Positions 1 through 10,617 of a stretch of 34,773 bases of DNA are shown piece after piece (positions within the stretch are counted from its first letter, which is position 1; every line of letters begins with the position of its first letter). Made by a program: the position numbers and the translations under genes. The notes below the pieces were generated by a model. That model ran no database searches and had not been told where the DNA came from. It saw nothing but the letters and a program-made list of their open reading frames with translations. Location: contig DATFEP010000006.1 in assembly GCA_035250975.1 (NCBI GenBank), forward strand, positions 1 to 34,773, read 5' to 3'. Origin of the DNA: Nitrososphaeraceae archaeon (GTDB lineage: Archaea; Thermoproteota; Nitrososphaeria; Nitrososphaerales; Nitrososphaeraceae).

Positions 1-108
1 CAACACTGCTGTTGCATTCGCTGGCAACACTGCTGTTGCATTCGCTGGCAACACTGCTGTTGCATTCGCTGGCAACACTGCTGTTGCATTCGCTGGCAAC
101 ACTGCTGT
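1..108. repeat. Perfect 24-bp tandem repeat (caacactgctgttgcattcgctgg) x4 plus a partial fifth copy
   Basis: Identical units at 1-24, 25-48, 49-72, 73-96 and a partial unit at 97-108; in frame with the minus-strand CDS. Confidence 0.95.
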
Positions 109-222
109 AGTGTTTTGTCCATGAACAGGCAATACTGAAAAAGACAGAAAGACCGTTAAAAAAATCGAAGTGACAGCGACTGGCATCATTAGTAGCAGTA
201 CTACATTACTTTTATTTTTCAT
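1..222 (-). CDS. Secreted protein with PANATAVL tandem repeats (5' part only; runs off the window start)
   Basis: Not in the ORF track. ATG at 222 reads MKNKSNVVLLLMMPVAVTSIFLTVFLSFSVLPVHG-QNTTAVL(PANATAVL)x4 with no stop to position 1. Basic N-terminus, hydrophobic stretch and VHG resemble a Sec signal peptide. Confidence 0.8.
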   Translation of the reverse strand, partial: MKNKSNVVLLLMMPVAVTSIFLTVFLSFSVLPVHGQNTTAVLPANATAVLPANATAVLPANATAVLPANATAVL

Positions 223-645
223 ATTTACTAATAGAAATGGCAAATGTATTATAAAGATAGTGCAAGAAAATACAGATATATTTATAGTTTAAAATAGTAG
301 AAAACAATTCTGAAATTTCTTATCATCATTTTTACATATTGTAATTTAATATTAATGATTTAATTGTTATTTACTAGATTGATAGACTTTGCACAATATT
401 CACAGAATGGCATATTTGTCAGTTATTGCTAGATGTTTTCTACCAAATCGATATTCGAAGCTTGGGAAAGAACTATTGGTTAATAGAGATGGAATAATTT
501 TGTTGAAAAAGTAGAGTGATAAAAAATATATTGAATTTGCTACAAATTAATATTCGATCTTTTTATTAGGTATAACAAGAAACATAGCTAAACAAAAATA
601 AATATTATTTTTAGGATTTCTTACATAAATGATTTTGCAGCATTA

Positions 646-2895
646 TTATGTTATACTTTTACCGATAAAAGTATCAAGACTAGGTTTTCCAAATCGTTCA
701 GCTATCTTTTCATACATACTTATCTCTTGAACAGACAATGGTCTAATTTTTTTCATTGCTTCTTCAAAATGGTGCATTGTTATTTTTAATTCATTCTTTT
801 TATCCTCTGCTTCTTTTGGATCTTTATATTTTGTTATATGTTCTCTTAATGCCAACATCACTGCAGCTGAGGCCAGAGCAGCAATATCCGCACCTGTATA
901 ACCTTTGGTTTTCTCTACCAGATCTTTTATATTTACATCATCAGCAAGAGGCTTCTTTTTAGTATGAATTGAAAAAATTTGTGTCCTTGATTCATCATCT
1001 GGAGGAGCAACATACAGTAATCTGTCAAATCTTCCTGGACGAAGTAATGCTGGATCTATTATATCAGGTCGATTAGTAGATGCGATCACCACAACATTCG
1101 TCAATATCTCCAAACCATCTAGTTCTGTTAATAGCTGACTAATTACACGTTCTGTCACATGAGAATCACTTCCAGCTCCCCCTCGTGCTGGGGTAATTGC
1201 ATCGATTTCATCAAAAAAGATCAAACATGGTGCTGCCTGTCTGGCTTTTCTAAATACTTCTCTTACTCCTTTTTCTGATTCACCAACCCATTTCGAAAGA
1301 AGTTCTGGTCCTTTTATACTAATGAAGTTAGCTTCGCTTTCATTAGCTGTAGCTTTTGCAATAAGTGTTTTTCCTGTGCCAGGCGGTCCGTATAAAAGAA
1401 CTCCTTTTGGCGGAGTTGCATCAGTATGATTGAAAAGACCTTGATATTTTAGGGGCCATTCTACTGCTTCCTGTAGCTCTTGCTTAATTGGAGTAAGCCC
1501 ACCGATATCATCCCATCTAACGTCTGGAACTTCAACAAAGACCTCTCTGAGAGCAGAAGGTTCCATCTCTTTGATCACTTCTAGAAAATCTTGCATGGTC
1601 ACAACTATTTTCTTTAAGGTTTCAGAAGGGATACTTTCGGTTGCCAGGTCAATTTCTGGTAATACCTTTCTCAAAGAACGCATCGCGGCTTCTTTTGCCA
1701 GTGCGTGGAGATCAGCACCCACAAAACCATGAGACATACTGGCTAACTTTTCAAGGTCCACATCCTTGGAGAGTGGCATTCCCCTGGTATGAATCTGAAG
1801 AATTTCAAATCTCCCTTCTTTATCGGGGACACCTATCTCGATCTCTCTATCAAATCTTCCAGGACGTCTAAGTGCTGGATCAATGGCATTTACCCTGTTC
1901 GTTGCCCCTATTACAACAACCTTACCTCTTGAAGACATTCCATCCATCAACGATAACAGCTGTGCAACAATTCTTCGCTCAACCTCTCCACTGACTTCAT
2001 CTCTATTTGGTGCGATAGAATCAATCTCATCAATAAAAATTATTGAAGGTGCATTTTGTTCTGCCTGTTTAAACACATTTCGTAGTTTTTCTTCTGACTC
2101 TCCATAAAATTTGCTCATTATCTCAGGGCCGCCGATGGTATAATAGCTTGCATTGGTTTCATTTGCAATAGCCTTTGCAAGCAAGGTTTTACCAGTGCCA
2201 GGAGGTCCGTGTAATAACACACCCTTTGGTGCCTCTACACCAAGCCTTCTAAACAATTCAGGATGCCTCAATGGAAGTTCTATCATCTCTCTTACCCGGG
2301 ATACTTGCCCCTTGATCCCTCCAATATCCTCATATGTTATTGACGGAGCAATTCCTTCTTTTGCAATCTGGACAGCTTTAGCACTTTCTTCTGAAATAAT
2401 TATTTCGGTTGATTCATTAATCAATACAGGACCTGATGGTCTTGTAGATATTACAACCAAATCTACACGTTGACTCATTATAATGAGCGGAATGACATCG
2501 CCAGTAGTTACCAGATTACCAAGTAAATATCCCCCAAGATATTCTTCTGCACCTACAATTCTAAGAGGTTCAGTTGGTGCAAGGGTGATACTTTGAGCAT
2601 CTTTGGATTCTACTTTTTTAATATCAACAACATCATTTATACCTACATCAAGTCTATTTCTAATATATCCATCAATCCGGATTAGCCCTTTTCCTCTATC
2701 ATTTTCTCTTGCCGGCCAATTTAATACCGTCACTTTTTTACCCAGAGAAGATACCTCTATAACATCACCAGATGATATTTGTAATTGATGTGCGATATCT
2801 GGGTCTATACGTGCAATTTTTCTTCCCACATCTCTTTGTTCTGCTTCTGCAACTTTGAGACTTGGATTTAATTTATTGTTACCGTTTTGACTCAT
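646..2895 (-). CDS. cdc48: CDC48/VCP/VAT family AAA+ ATPase
   Basis: N-domain ([19 protein letters not shown]) and two AAA modules with Walker A GPPGTGKT x2, Walker [17 protein letters not shown] and arginine fingers [16 protein letters not shown]. Confidence 0.97.
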   Translation of the reverse strand: MSQNGNNKLNPSLKVAEAEQRDVGRKIARIDPDIAHQLQISSGDVIEVSSLGKKVTVLNWPARENDRGKGLIRIDGYIRNRLDVGINDVVDIKKVESKDAQSITLAPTEPLRIVGAEEYLGGYLLGNLVTTGDVIPLIIMSQRVDLVVISTRPSGPVLINESTEIIISEESAKAVQIAKEGIAPSITYEDIGGIKGQVSRVREMIELPLRHPELFRRLGVEAPKGVLLHGPPGTGKTLLAKAIANETNASYYTIGGPEIMSKFYGESEEKLRNVFKQAEQNAPSIIFIDEIDSIAPNRDEVSGEVERRIVAQLLSLMDGMSSRGKVVVIGATNRVNAIDPALRRPGRFDREIEIGVPDKEGRFEILQIHTRGMPLSKDVDLEKLASMSHGFVGADLHALAKEAAMRSLRKVLPEIDLATESIPSETLKKIVVTMQDFLEVIKEMEPSALREVFVEVPDVRWDDIGGLTPIKQELQEAVEWPLKYQGLFNHTDATPPKGVLLYGPPGTGKTLIAKATANESEANFISIKGPELLSKWVGESEKGVREVFRKARQAAPCLIFFDEIDAITPARGGAGSDSHVTERVISQLLTELDGLEILTNVVVIASTNRPDIIDPALLRPGRFDRLLYVAPPDDESRTQIFSIHTKKKPLADDVNIKDLVEKTKGYTGADIAALASAAVMLALREHITKYKDPKEAEDKKNELKITMHHFEEAMKKIRPLSVQEISMYEKIAERFGKPSLDTFIGKSIT

Positions 2896-3388
2896 ATTTA
2901 TATTTATTTATTGGTTTGTCACCTTATTTAAAGAAATCAGGTTATTACAATAAAATAAAATAAAAGAATTTAAAATCAAATCATGTATCGTATAGTTAAT
3001 AAATTAAACGAAACTCAGATATTAAACACAATTATTGAATATTATATTACACAAGATAATATATTCAAACCAATAAAATGAGAAAGCTAGAAAAAGGAAG
3101 CTAACAAAAATGAATTTGACTAAATTAGATGGAGATGAATCAGAGACCATCGAATGATCCAATTTTCTCAATCATTTTAATGATTACATAATCACCAAAT
3201 TTCTTTTCGAAATTCATCATATGTATCATTTTTTATTGTATCAGATTCTTTATATAAAACAAAAAACTGAAGAATTAATATGATAATTGATCTTATTTTT
3301 TTATGATATTAATAGGGTTCCTCACACTATAAAATGGTTAAATCCCTGATAACACATCTATATAAATATATTGGTAACAAAACATAAA

Positions 3389-3406
3389 TTTTTCGGCGCC
3401 GAAAAA
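3389..3406. promoter_or_regulatory. Palindrome TTTTTCGGCGCCGAAAAA, copy 1 (putative operator or dispersed repeat)
   Basis: Perfect 18-bp palindrome in the divergent intergenic region between cdc48 and the 3498 ORF. Recurs at 10618 and 21824. Function is inferred. Confidence 0.6.
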
Positions 3407-3497
3407 GTTCCAAAAATTAAAATATGGATTGACTCTAATGTCACGAATATCTTTAAAGGTATAAATAACGTTAAAGAACTATGGTGAGGAAATTAAA

Positions 3498-3905
3498 GTG
3501 ATAATAGTAGATGAAAAGTTGATAATTGATCATGATCAGAATAGAAAACTTGCCAATGTAACTGTTACTGGAGAAATAAGATTTTCACCACAAGAGATAT
3601 ATCAAATGATTAATTATGAGGAAAAGTTGTTTAAATTGAAATGTGAATTATGGGGACAGGATATGGTTGCTAAAGACAAGTTATACACATTTAATCCGTT
3701 AAAATATTATCCGGGTTATACACCTAATCCTACTGAAAGATTTACATTCAAAGAAATACTAGGTCAAGGAGTTTTAGACGAGGATGTAGGAAAAGAGGAG
3801 ATATATGCAAAACTCATTTTGACTAATCTACTTACTGGAAATCAAGTTATTGATAAAACTGAAGCTATAAGCTTTGGAAATAAAATTTATGCAAGTTCAT
3901 TTTGA
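3498..3905 (+). CDS. Hypothetical protein, probably a beta-rich single domain (CELWGQD...LDEDVGKEEIYA)
   Basis: 135-aa ORF with a GTG start preceded by ggtgagga (SD-like) and an upstream tataaata. No family recognised with confidence. Confidence 0.7.
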   Translation: MIIVDEKLIIDHDQNRKLANVTVTGEIRFSPQEIYQMINYEEKLFKLKCELWGQDMVAKDKLYTFNPLKYYPGYTPNPTERFTFKEILGQGVLDEDVGKEEIYAKLILTNLLTGNQVIDKTEAISFGNKIYASSF

Positions 3906-3942
3906 CTAATCTACTTACTGGAAATCAAGTTATTGATAAAAC
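3814..3942 (+). repeat. 46-bp exact direct repeat, offset 83 bp, duplicating the 3' end of the gene
   Basis: tcattttgactaatctacttactggaaatcaagttattgataaaac at 3814-3859 and 3897-3942. Confidence 0.9.
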
Positions 3943-4169
3943 GGAAACGTAAAATGACTTTCATTATTGGATAATAAACTAAAACTATTGTTCTGAAATA
4001 AGGTGACATTTTGAAATAATAATTCATAGACAATATATAATGTACATTTTCCGAATGTATATTTTATTTTATTTTCTTATGGTCACAGAAATTATGTTTA
4101 TCGTTATTTTTTCTTGTCTTGATAGTAAATTATATTATTCTTACAATTTAAATTTCATTTTCAGACAAC

Positions 4170-4409
4170 TTAAATGTGAAAAAAGATTTTCCCTATCTGT
4201 TTTTTCACATCTCTTGGCATATTAGGATCTTCCATTATTTTATGAAGATCGTTTCGTTTAATGCACAAACCATTTTTGTTTATTTTGTAAAACCAATCAA
4301 TATCCAAAGGACTAATAACAGTAGTATCTTTGTTGCATCCCTTCATTCCACAAAAAGTTAGGTTATCTTTACTGAAACAAACATGATCGTCTTGACAGCC
4401 ATAAATCAT
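4170..4409 (-). CDS. Small Cys/His-containing hypothetical protein (possible metal binding)
   Basis: 79 aa, ATG start, CQDDHVC...CGMKGC...LC motif, protein-like composition. Confidence 0.65.
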   Translation of the reverse strand: MIYGCQDDHVCFSKDNLTFCGMKGCNKDTTVISPLDIDWFYKINKNGLCIKRNDLHKIMEDPNMPRDVKKQIGKIFFHI

Positions 4410-4831
4410 ATCGTTATATATGTGAGGTTGATCATAATAAATTTTGGCCTAAAAAAATGGTAAAAGAAAAAACTAATTATTTTTTAGTTGCAAATATAAT
4501 CAAACAGCAGGTACAACTAACTCTACAGATCTGATTCGTTTTAATACAAGATACACATAATATATTCATTTTAAACCTAGCAAATAGAATCAATATAATA
4601 GATTCTGCATAATCAGAGGATTTTATATCCGAATAGATTGAAGATGGGTAGGAAAGAAAATATTATTAAATATTCATATTGCTATAACACAAAAAATAGT
4701 ATATTAATACATAAACAAAATCAGAAAATATTATTTTTTTAATTCATACTATTTGTATTTATTCAAACTGTTAAATGTAAAAATTACAACTGATATGGAT
4801 CTTTTATATTGACTTGTTTAATAATACAAGT

Positions 4832-5053
4832 ATGGAGATAACAGCTATAAAGAAATTGCAAAATTTAATTGATAATAATTATAAAATTGACAAAATTCAT
4901 CCTCCTATTTTTGGATCGGATGCAGAAATTAACATAGTCACTATTACATTAGTTTCACCTGAGGGAAAAAAAGAAAATTTAAGAGCCTTTAGAGAAGAAT
5001 CGCATCAGTTAAGAGAATATATTAGAAAAAACAAGCTCTTTCAGCAATATTAA
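4832..5053 (+). CDS. Small hypothetical protein
   Basis: ATG at 4832 (MEITAIKKLQ...) preferred over TTG at 4814 because cttttatat (TATA-like) lies about 25 bp upstream. Globular composition. Confidence 0.7.
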   Translation: MEITAIKKLQNLIDNNYKIDKIHPPIFGSDAEINIVTITLVSPEGKKENLRAFREESHQLREYIRKNKLFQQY

Positions 5054-5294
5054 GGTGCTAATGACCAAACCAAATCTGATTATTAAAAATTTTAGCTATT
5101 TTATGACAACATTGAGTAAAGTATACAACCAAAATCAAATGTATCTTAAATAAATTTTCTGTATATTTTTGACATATATTAAAATGAAAACTGTTTTTGA
5201 CGTTTTATAATTGCATATTTTTGTCCTCTTAGTTATGAAAAATGAATAGAATATAATTTTAAAATATAATTTTAATCTAAAAATAATATAAAAA

Positions 5295-6512
5295 TTATAC
5301 CCATCCTTTGATTCTAAAATAGACGATCATGCCACCGCCTACAACTAATAATAGCCCCAAAGCGTAGTAGTAACCATGTGGAGAAACTAATTCTGGCATG
5401 AATTCAAAATTCATTCCGTAAATTCCAGTTATCAAAGTAAGAGGTAAAACGATGGTTGCGATTACAGTTAAAGTCCTAATTGTTTCATTTAAATTAGAAC
5501 TTAATGATGAGTTGTAAGCTTCACGTAAGTTAATTATCCTATTGTGAATATTTGTTAAATCATTACGCATATAGTTAATTTTTCCCTTTAACCAATACAT
5601 ATGTCTAAAAGTCTCAATTGTAAGGATATCTTGCTTATCATTGATTTCGTCCATTTGAGATTTATTGATAAAATCGATACTAAAAATATCATTTTCTATT
5701 AGACCGACATCACTTAGAAAATTATCAACAGCCCTTGATATCATATCCATGGTTCTTTCAACAGAGTTAATCTTCCTTTTTAGTAAAAGAATATCTGTTA
5801 ATTGATTTCTTGTAACTTTATTTTTTCCCTTATCATAATCTAGAATATAATCTTCGGCCTGTTCAAGATTTTCTCTTATACTGTCTAACACAGGATAGTA
5901 GGTGGATATCATTTCTTCTAATGACAAACGAAATACAATTTCGTTCATCATTCCTATCTGAACTGGTTTAGAATTAATCGTATTATCGGTACTAGCGGTA
6001 GAAGACGAAGAGGAAGATGGTGCAGGTGATGATGGAACAATTAAGGATTGATGAATAATATGTTTGATCCTTTTCTTTATATTTTCTTCAAAATCAGGAT
6101 TATGAAAATTTATTGTAATTATCCATCGTTCTTGAAGGAAGATAAATAGATCATCTTCAACAAGTATTTGTTCCTTTTTTGCGATTTCATTTTCATCTGT
6201 TGTCGATTTATACCGGTCTTGACTGCCGTAACTGGTCTTCTTTTCTTCTCTAATGCCGTCAATTATCGCAAAGATATATTTATCATATTTTTCAATTTTA
6301 GACGGGAGATTGTGATGTATGATAGATTCTACTTCTAATGGATGAAGGTTAAATATGTCTTGAAGTTGAAATATGTCTTGAACTTCAGTGGCATGAACCC
6401 ATAGATATTGGAACAGATTAGATTTCATTTCAGACTTTATGGATGTAGATTCAAGTGTAATATTTACTGCTTTTATTGTCTTTGAACTCATGAGATAAGA
6501 AGTGATTGTCAA
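5295..6512 (-). CDS. corA: CorA family Mg2+/Co2+ transporter
   Basis: FNLHPLEVE near the N-terminus; C-terminal LTVIATIVLPLTLITGIYGMNFEFMPEL (GMN signature) followed by a second TM helix and a KGW end. Ser-rich insert in the cytoplasmic domain. Confidence 0.95.
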   Translation of the reverse strand: MTITSYLMSSKTIKAVNITLESTSIKSEMKSNLFQYLWVHATEVQDIFQLQDIFNLHPLEVESIIHHNLPSKIEKYDKYIFAIIDGIREEKKTSYGSQDRYKSTTDENEIAKKEQILVEDDLFIFLQERWIITINFHNPDFEENIKKRIKHIIHQSLIVPSSPAPSSSSSSTASTDNTINSKPVQIGMMNEIVFRLSLEEMISTYYPVLDSIRENLEQAEDYILDYDKGKNKVTRNQLTDILLLKRKINSVERTMDMISRAVDNFLSDVGLIENDIFSIDFINKSQMDEINDKQDILTIETFRHMYWLKGKINYMRNDLTNIHNRIINLREAYNSSLSSNLNETIRTLTVIATIVLPLTLITGIYGMNFEFMPELVSPHGYYYALGLLLVVGGGMIVYFRIKGWV

Positions 6513-6621
6513 CTGTTATTCATATTGAATCAAAATCAATTTAATAAATAAAGCTTTCAAATTAAAAATTCAATATAGCAGACAAAATAATTGGATATGA
6601 TCACAATGTTGAAAAATATCT

Positions 6622-7563
6622 CTATAAATTTGTATTTTCTATCTTCTTTACAAATCTCAAAACTTGTGATTTAACTTTCGATCGAATTTCTATTGGAGAA
6701 TGTTCATGAATAGCTTTATCAAATATGGATAGATCAAAGAATCTATCTACAGATTCAAGAATCGTTTTTTTAAATTCATGTGGAGCTACTGCAGGAAATG
6801 TATCTAATTCAATCTGCAAATTCTCATAATTTTGATCCCTAAATGATTTTATACTAGGATCTATTTTTTTTGATTTACGTGATCTTACTATTTTGTAGTT
6901 TTCGGGTAAATCGTATTTTTTTATTTGTTCCTCGTTTATAGCAATTCGTTTAAAATCTATATCTAGACCCTCTTCCAAGAATTTATTAGTAAATATCATG
7001 TGAATATTTTCAGAGAAAGAATCTAGGTCACCAAAATAATTGATATGCACCTTTTTGTCTTGTTCTATATATGATCCGAGTCTTTTAACATTTTCATTTA
7101 TCGAACTAAAAGGATTAAATTGGTTAATTGGAACAATCCTTACTTGCCGTTCTCTCAATACTGACCTAAAAGTCGACATTAGTTCTTGTTTTTCAACCCA
7201 TATTTCTACATAATGACTTTGATTATGCCACCGTGGAATTGTTCTTGCATAGATGTACGGTATATTCTCCAAGACTGAAATTTCATGATTTATGTATTCA
7301 ATCAATGGTATATATCTATCATCAAGGTCTTGAATGAAATTCATATTCTGATCTTCAAAATATTTACTAGAAAGCTTACCAGTTTTTTGTGCTCTGGAGA
7401 TATATTTTCCTAGACGTTGATACCCACTACAAGAATTAGATATGATTCCAAGAGAAACAAGTGTATAAAACAACATAGATAAAGTTGGAACTATATTATG
7501 GTGTTTGTACACGTCTAACCTTTTTTGTATTGTATTTGTCAAATCTTTTTTATTCCAATTCAT
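6622..7563 (-). CDS. Topo VI-A/Spo11-like winged-helix plus TOPRIM domain protein
   Basis: N-terminal PTLSMLFYTLVS (LRxxYY-like helix), VEIWVEK (TOPRIM Glu), YFGDLD (DxD), RIAINEEQIKKYDLP and ELDT match the pattern of stand-alone Topo VI-A-like TOPRIM proteins. Confidence 0.7.
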   Translation of the reverse strand: MNWNKKDLTNTIQKRLDVYKHHNIVPTLSMLFYTLVSLGIISNSCSGYQRLGKYISRAQKTGKLSSKYFEDQNMNFIQDLDDRYIPLIEYINHEISVLENIPYIYARTIPRWHNQSHYVEIWVEKQELMSTFRSVLRERQVRIVPINQFNPFSSINENVKRLGSYIEQDKKVHINYFGDLDSFSENIHMIFTNKFLEEGLDIDFKRIAINEEQIKKYDLPENYKIVRSRKSKKIDPSIKSFRDQNYENLQIELDTFPAVAPHEFKKTILESVDRFFDLSIFDKAIHEHSPIEIRSKVKSQVLRFVKKIENTNL

Positions 7564-7643
7564 CTAATTTGGTAATGGTTAATAACGGTTATAAACATTT
7601 CGTAGGCGTTATGTTTATTAATATTTATAACTATATTAGAATA

Positions 7644-8000
7644 TTGCCTCAACCAGGTCAAAAGACGATTACTGTTAGTGGAAAAATACTAAAGAGACTA
7701 GAAGAACTTTATAGTATAGAAAAAACTAAAAATCCTAATATTTCATTTTCCTTGTTCGTATCTGAATCAGCGATAATAGAAATAGAAAGAAGACAAATTC
7801 TAAAAGAAGCACAGTTAATATCATTAATTAGCCTAACAGACGATACAATTATTTTAAAGGATGTAAGAAAAAATAATAGACTTGTAGAAGTACAAATTAG
7901 GAACAAAAATTTAAAATGTATCACAGAAGATAAATTTGATTGCATTCATGTTGGTTTTGCGTTAGCGCTTCCAGAAGTTAGAAAAGGATTGAATAAATAG
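7644..8000 (+). CDS. Ribbon-helix-helix-like DNA-binding protein with C-terminal C...CxH (SWIM-like) Zn motif
   Basis: Likely start is TTG at 7644 (MPQPGQKTITVSGKILKRLEELY, an RHH-like strand-helix). C-terminal LKCITEDKFDCIHVGFALALPEV. The track's start at 7485 overlaps the divergent gene. Confidence 0.7.
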   Translation: MPQPGQKTITVSGKILKRLEELYSIEKTKNPNISFSLFVSESAIIEIERRQILKEAQLISLISLTDDTIILKDVRKNNRLVEVQIRNKNLKCITEDKFDCIHVGFALALPEVRKGLNK

Positions 8001-8398
8001 ACGAAAGAAGACAGATAAGCTGTTGATGGTAATGAGAGAAATTTTTAATGTCAAACATATCTTGTAATGGTATATAAATAAATACTTTGAAGGTATTTCT
8101 CATTAATTATTCTGCTTGGTTTATGTTCTTATGCAAAGATAATATTCATTTGTTATTTAATTTTCTTAGATCCTATTTCTTTTTAGGAGAGCATTATTTT
8201 TAACAATTTTATCTTACTTTCTAGCCTTTAGTTCGATGTACATAATTTTTTATCCTCCCAATCCAGTTTTAAAAGATGGGTAAACAAGTCCAACAATATA
8301 AAGACAACAATTACCATAAAAAAATTACAAACACTCGGTCAGATCGATTCAGAGATATTATAAATTCATCTAAATTAGGATATTGAACTTCAAGAAAA

Positions 8399-9826
8399 TC
8401 AAGAAATTTTATTGGCTGTTTCCGATAACCATATTCTCTCAAATAAGTTAGAATAAATTAGTATTTGTGATTTATTGTCTGTGTACGTGACATTATAATC
8501 ATTTTCGCTATTTATGTTATTTGATTCGGTAGAAATAAGAAATAATAATGAATTATCTACAATAAAAAAAATAGCATCAAAATGAATATCTCTCTCAAAG
8601 TACTTGATTAGAATATTATCACTTTTTTCTGAAAATATAATATTACTATTTCTATTTTTTAGCAATGTTTCTCTATTTTTTAGTACTGGTGCTAGGATCC
8701 TAATATTTACTCGATTCTTTTTATTAGATACTATATTTAAAAAGTTAATAACCTCATCCATGTAACTAATCATTAAAAATGATTCCTTAGTAAATAGTAC
8801 ATCAATTTCTCTTTCTGCTTTTTGAATTATTTCTGCTGCAGTTTCAAAGGTCTCTTTTTTATCTTTGAAATTTTTCTTAATTTCTCTTTTATGATCATAG
8901 CCATCAAAATGAGAAAAATCGTATTTGCTCAGATTTTTGTGAAAATTGTTAGCATTCTGTAAAATATTTTCAATCTCTTCATCATATAATATACTTTTAA
9001 TTTTTCCATACCAAAAAATACCTGCTACTATTAACATATCAGAAATTGCATATAAAATATTCCATAAAGAATGTGTTTCTGATATTAATTCGTCGCTTAT
9101 TTGTGCTGCGTATGTATATCCAAGGTCGGCAACTGTTAGAAATGTTATTCCCAACGTCAAAGATAGCCAATGAAAAATAAGTATATTGTTTTTCTTTATA
9201 GTAATGATAATAATAACGGAAGAAACCAATAACAGAATATCCTCTGCATAATAAAGAAGATCTGTCAAAAAATAAATAGGATCGGTAATGATACTTATAT
9301 CTGAAATATATATCAGATTGAAAACAAAGTATAGCGGAACGATAGAAACTGCTACACTGATCAGGAGAACATTCATCAATTGTATGTTCCCTTCTTTTTT
9401 TAAGGAGAAAATATTAGATATCAAATGATATCCAAGAAACAGATAGGCAGATAAATATCCGATATCGGAAATGGATGGATAAGGTACTGAAATTCCTAAG
9501 ACAAATTGTTGATAAACATATGTAATTTCAGCAATAAAGCTGATTAACAAGTACAAGGATATTGCTACAAATTTTTTAATTTCATGTCTTTCAAGTCTGC
9601 CACGAAAAAGGACCATTATTGAAATTACTAAACCAATTCCAAGAATAGATGCAATTGGGAATGAATTATAACTTAATGTATTATCCCGGTCAGCAAAGGA
9701 TATCACTATATAAACAAATATAATGATAAAAGTTGCAGGCAACAAAATACGGGATAGGAAATGTCGGAATTCACTGCTAGTCTTCGCAAGTAATTTGTTT
9801 GTGACTATATTTCCTTTCCTTCCCAT
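8399..9826 (-). CDS. Multi-pass membrane sensor-like protein with C-terminal TrmB/PLD-like domain
   Basis: About 7-8 hydrophobic helices with PYPSISDIGYL and ADLGYTY motifs typical of membrane sensory domains. C-terminal AEREID...VNIRILAP...FFIVDN...LFERIW resembles the PLD-fold domain of thaumarchaeal sensor proteins. No kinase H-box or ATPase seen. Confidence 0.75.
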   Translation of the reverse strand: MGRKGNIVTNKLLAKTSSEFRHFLSRILLPATFIIIFVYIVISFADRDNTLSYNSFPIASILGIGLVISIMVLFRGRLERHEIKKFVAISLYLLISFIAEITYVYQQFVLGISVPYPSISDIGYLSAYLFLGYHLISNIFSLKKEGNIQLMNVLLISVAVSIVPLYFVFNLIYISDISIITDPIYFLTDLLYYAEDILLLVSSVIIIITIKKNNILIFHWLSLTLGITFLTVADLGYTYAAQISDELISETHSLWNILYAISDMLIVAGIFWYGKIKSILYDEEIENILQNANNFHKNLSKYDFSHFDGYDHKREIKKNFKDKKETFETAAEIIQKAEREIDVLFTKESFLMISYMDEVINFLNIVSNKKNRVNIRILAPVLKNRETLLKNRNSNIIFSEKSDNILIKYFERDIHFDAIFFIVDNSLLFLISTESNNINSENDYNVTYTDNKSQILIYSNLFERIWLSETANKIS

Positions 9827-10071
9827 GGTCTTCTGATCTTCGTTTGGTTTTATATTGCAAATAAGTCTTTTTGTTGCTCATTCAGGAAATTTCATGAGGT
9901 TTGGTGTTATTGATCTGTTTTTGATTAAATTATCTATAAACATAATATTATCAACAATCAGAAAAAGATAAGATAAAATTTATATAAAAAATAAATCTGT
10001 TACAAGTAAAATTGAGATACCTCCAAAAATTATAAATAATTTAAATGGAATAATTAATATAAGGGAAGAAA

Positions 10072-10209
10072 ATGCGATCCAAAAAATGTCAGAAATGTGG
10101 TAATAAAATAAATGAGCTAGTAACGATAAACGTTGCTAAAAATATTTTTCTTTATTGGTGTAAAAATTGTGTTTTTATAGAAATGGAAAAAAGAATAGGA
10201 AATATTTAA
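10072..10209 (+). CDS. 45-aa zinc-ribbon microprotein
   Basis: Below the track cutoff. Translated by hand: MRSKKCQKCGNKINELVTINVAKNIFLYWCKNCVFIEMEKRIGNI, with two CxxC motifs. ttataaat lies about 35-40 bp upstream. Confidence 0.65.
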   Translation: MRSKKCQKCGNKINELVTINVAKNIFLYWCKNCVFIEMEKRIGNI

Positions 10210-10234
10210 GGCCATTCTTCAATCTTTTCCTAGT

Positions 10235-10417
10235 CTAGTGTTTTCGAGACTTGATTATTCTTGGATATTCATTATACGTTATATTGCAATACAAACAAGA
10301 ATAGATTTCCATTCTTAAATTATCTTCTTTTTCCTTACTGACAACATACTTTAAATCATTTTGACAAAATGAGCACTTCATCTTGTAATTCTTATCAATC
10401 TCGATGAATTGTTTCAA
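10235..10417 (-). CDS. Small zinc-ribbon protein (CSFC...CLYC)
   Basis: Two CxxC motifs; alternative ATG start at 10381 (MKCSFCQ). Confidence 0.65.
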   Translation of the reverse strand: MKQFIEIDKNYKMKCSFCQNDLKYVVSKEKEDNLRMEIYSCLYCNITYNEYPRIIKSRKH

Positions 10418-10426
10418 TTAAAATTC

Positions 10427-10454
10427 AACTCTGTTAATAGATGTTAACAGAGTT
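10427..10454. promoter_or_regulatory. 11-bp inverted repeat aactctgttaa-N6-ttaacagagtt
   Basis: Perfect inverted repeat immediately upstream of the minus-strand zinc-ribbon ORF; operator or hairpin role inferred. Confidence 0.45.
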
Positions 10455-10617
10455 ATTAAATTAATTGTATTAAAAAAATGAAAAATATAGTTTATTAAAA
10501 AGGAGAAAACAATTTTACAAGATAACAGTACCTAATTTTGTTTTGAAATAGTTGAGCTACATATGAAAAGAAAAGAGAACCGAAAAAAACAATAATTTTT
10601 TAATTTTCGATATTTGA

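Noticed and set aside
1-108. 24-bp repeats as a possible CRISPR array
   Set aside because: Units are directly adjacent with no spacers, are in frame within a signal-peptide CDS, and no cas genes are present.
756-2788. Plus-strand ORFs inside cdc48 (756, 1641, 1883, 2153, 2603)
   Set aside because: Antisense shadows of a conserved gene.
3814-3942. 46-bp direct repeat as attL/attR of an integrated element
   Set aside because: The copies are only 83 bp apart, with no integrase or tRNA nearby.
7485-7643. N-terminal extension of the 7485-8000 ORF
   Set aside because: Overlaps the divergent TOPRIM gene and its promoter; the RHH-like sequence begins at TTG 7644.
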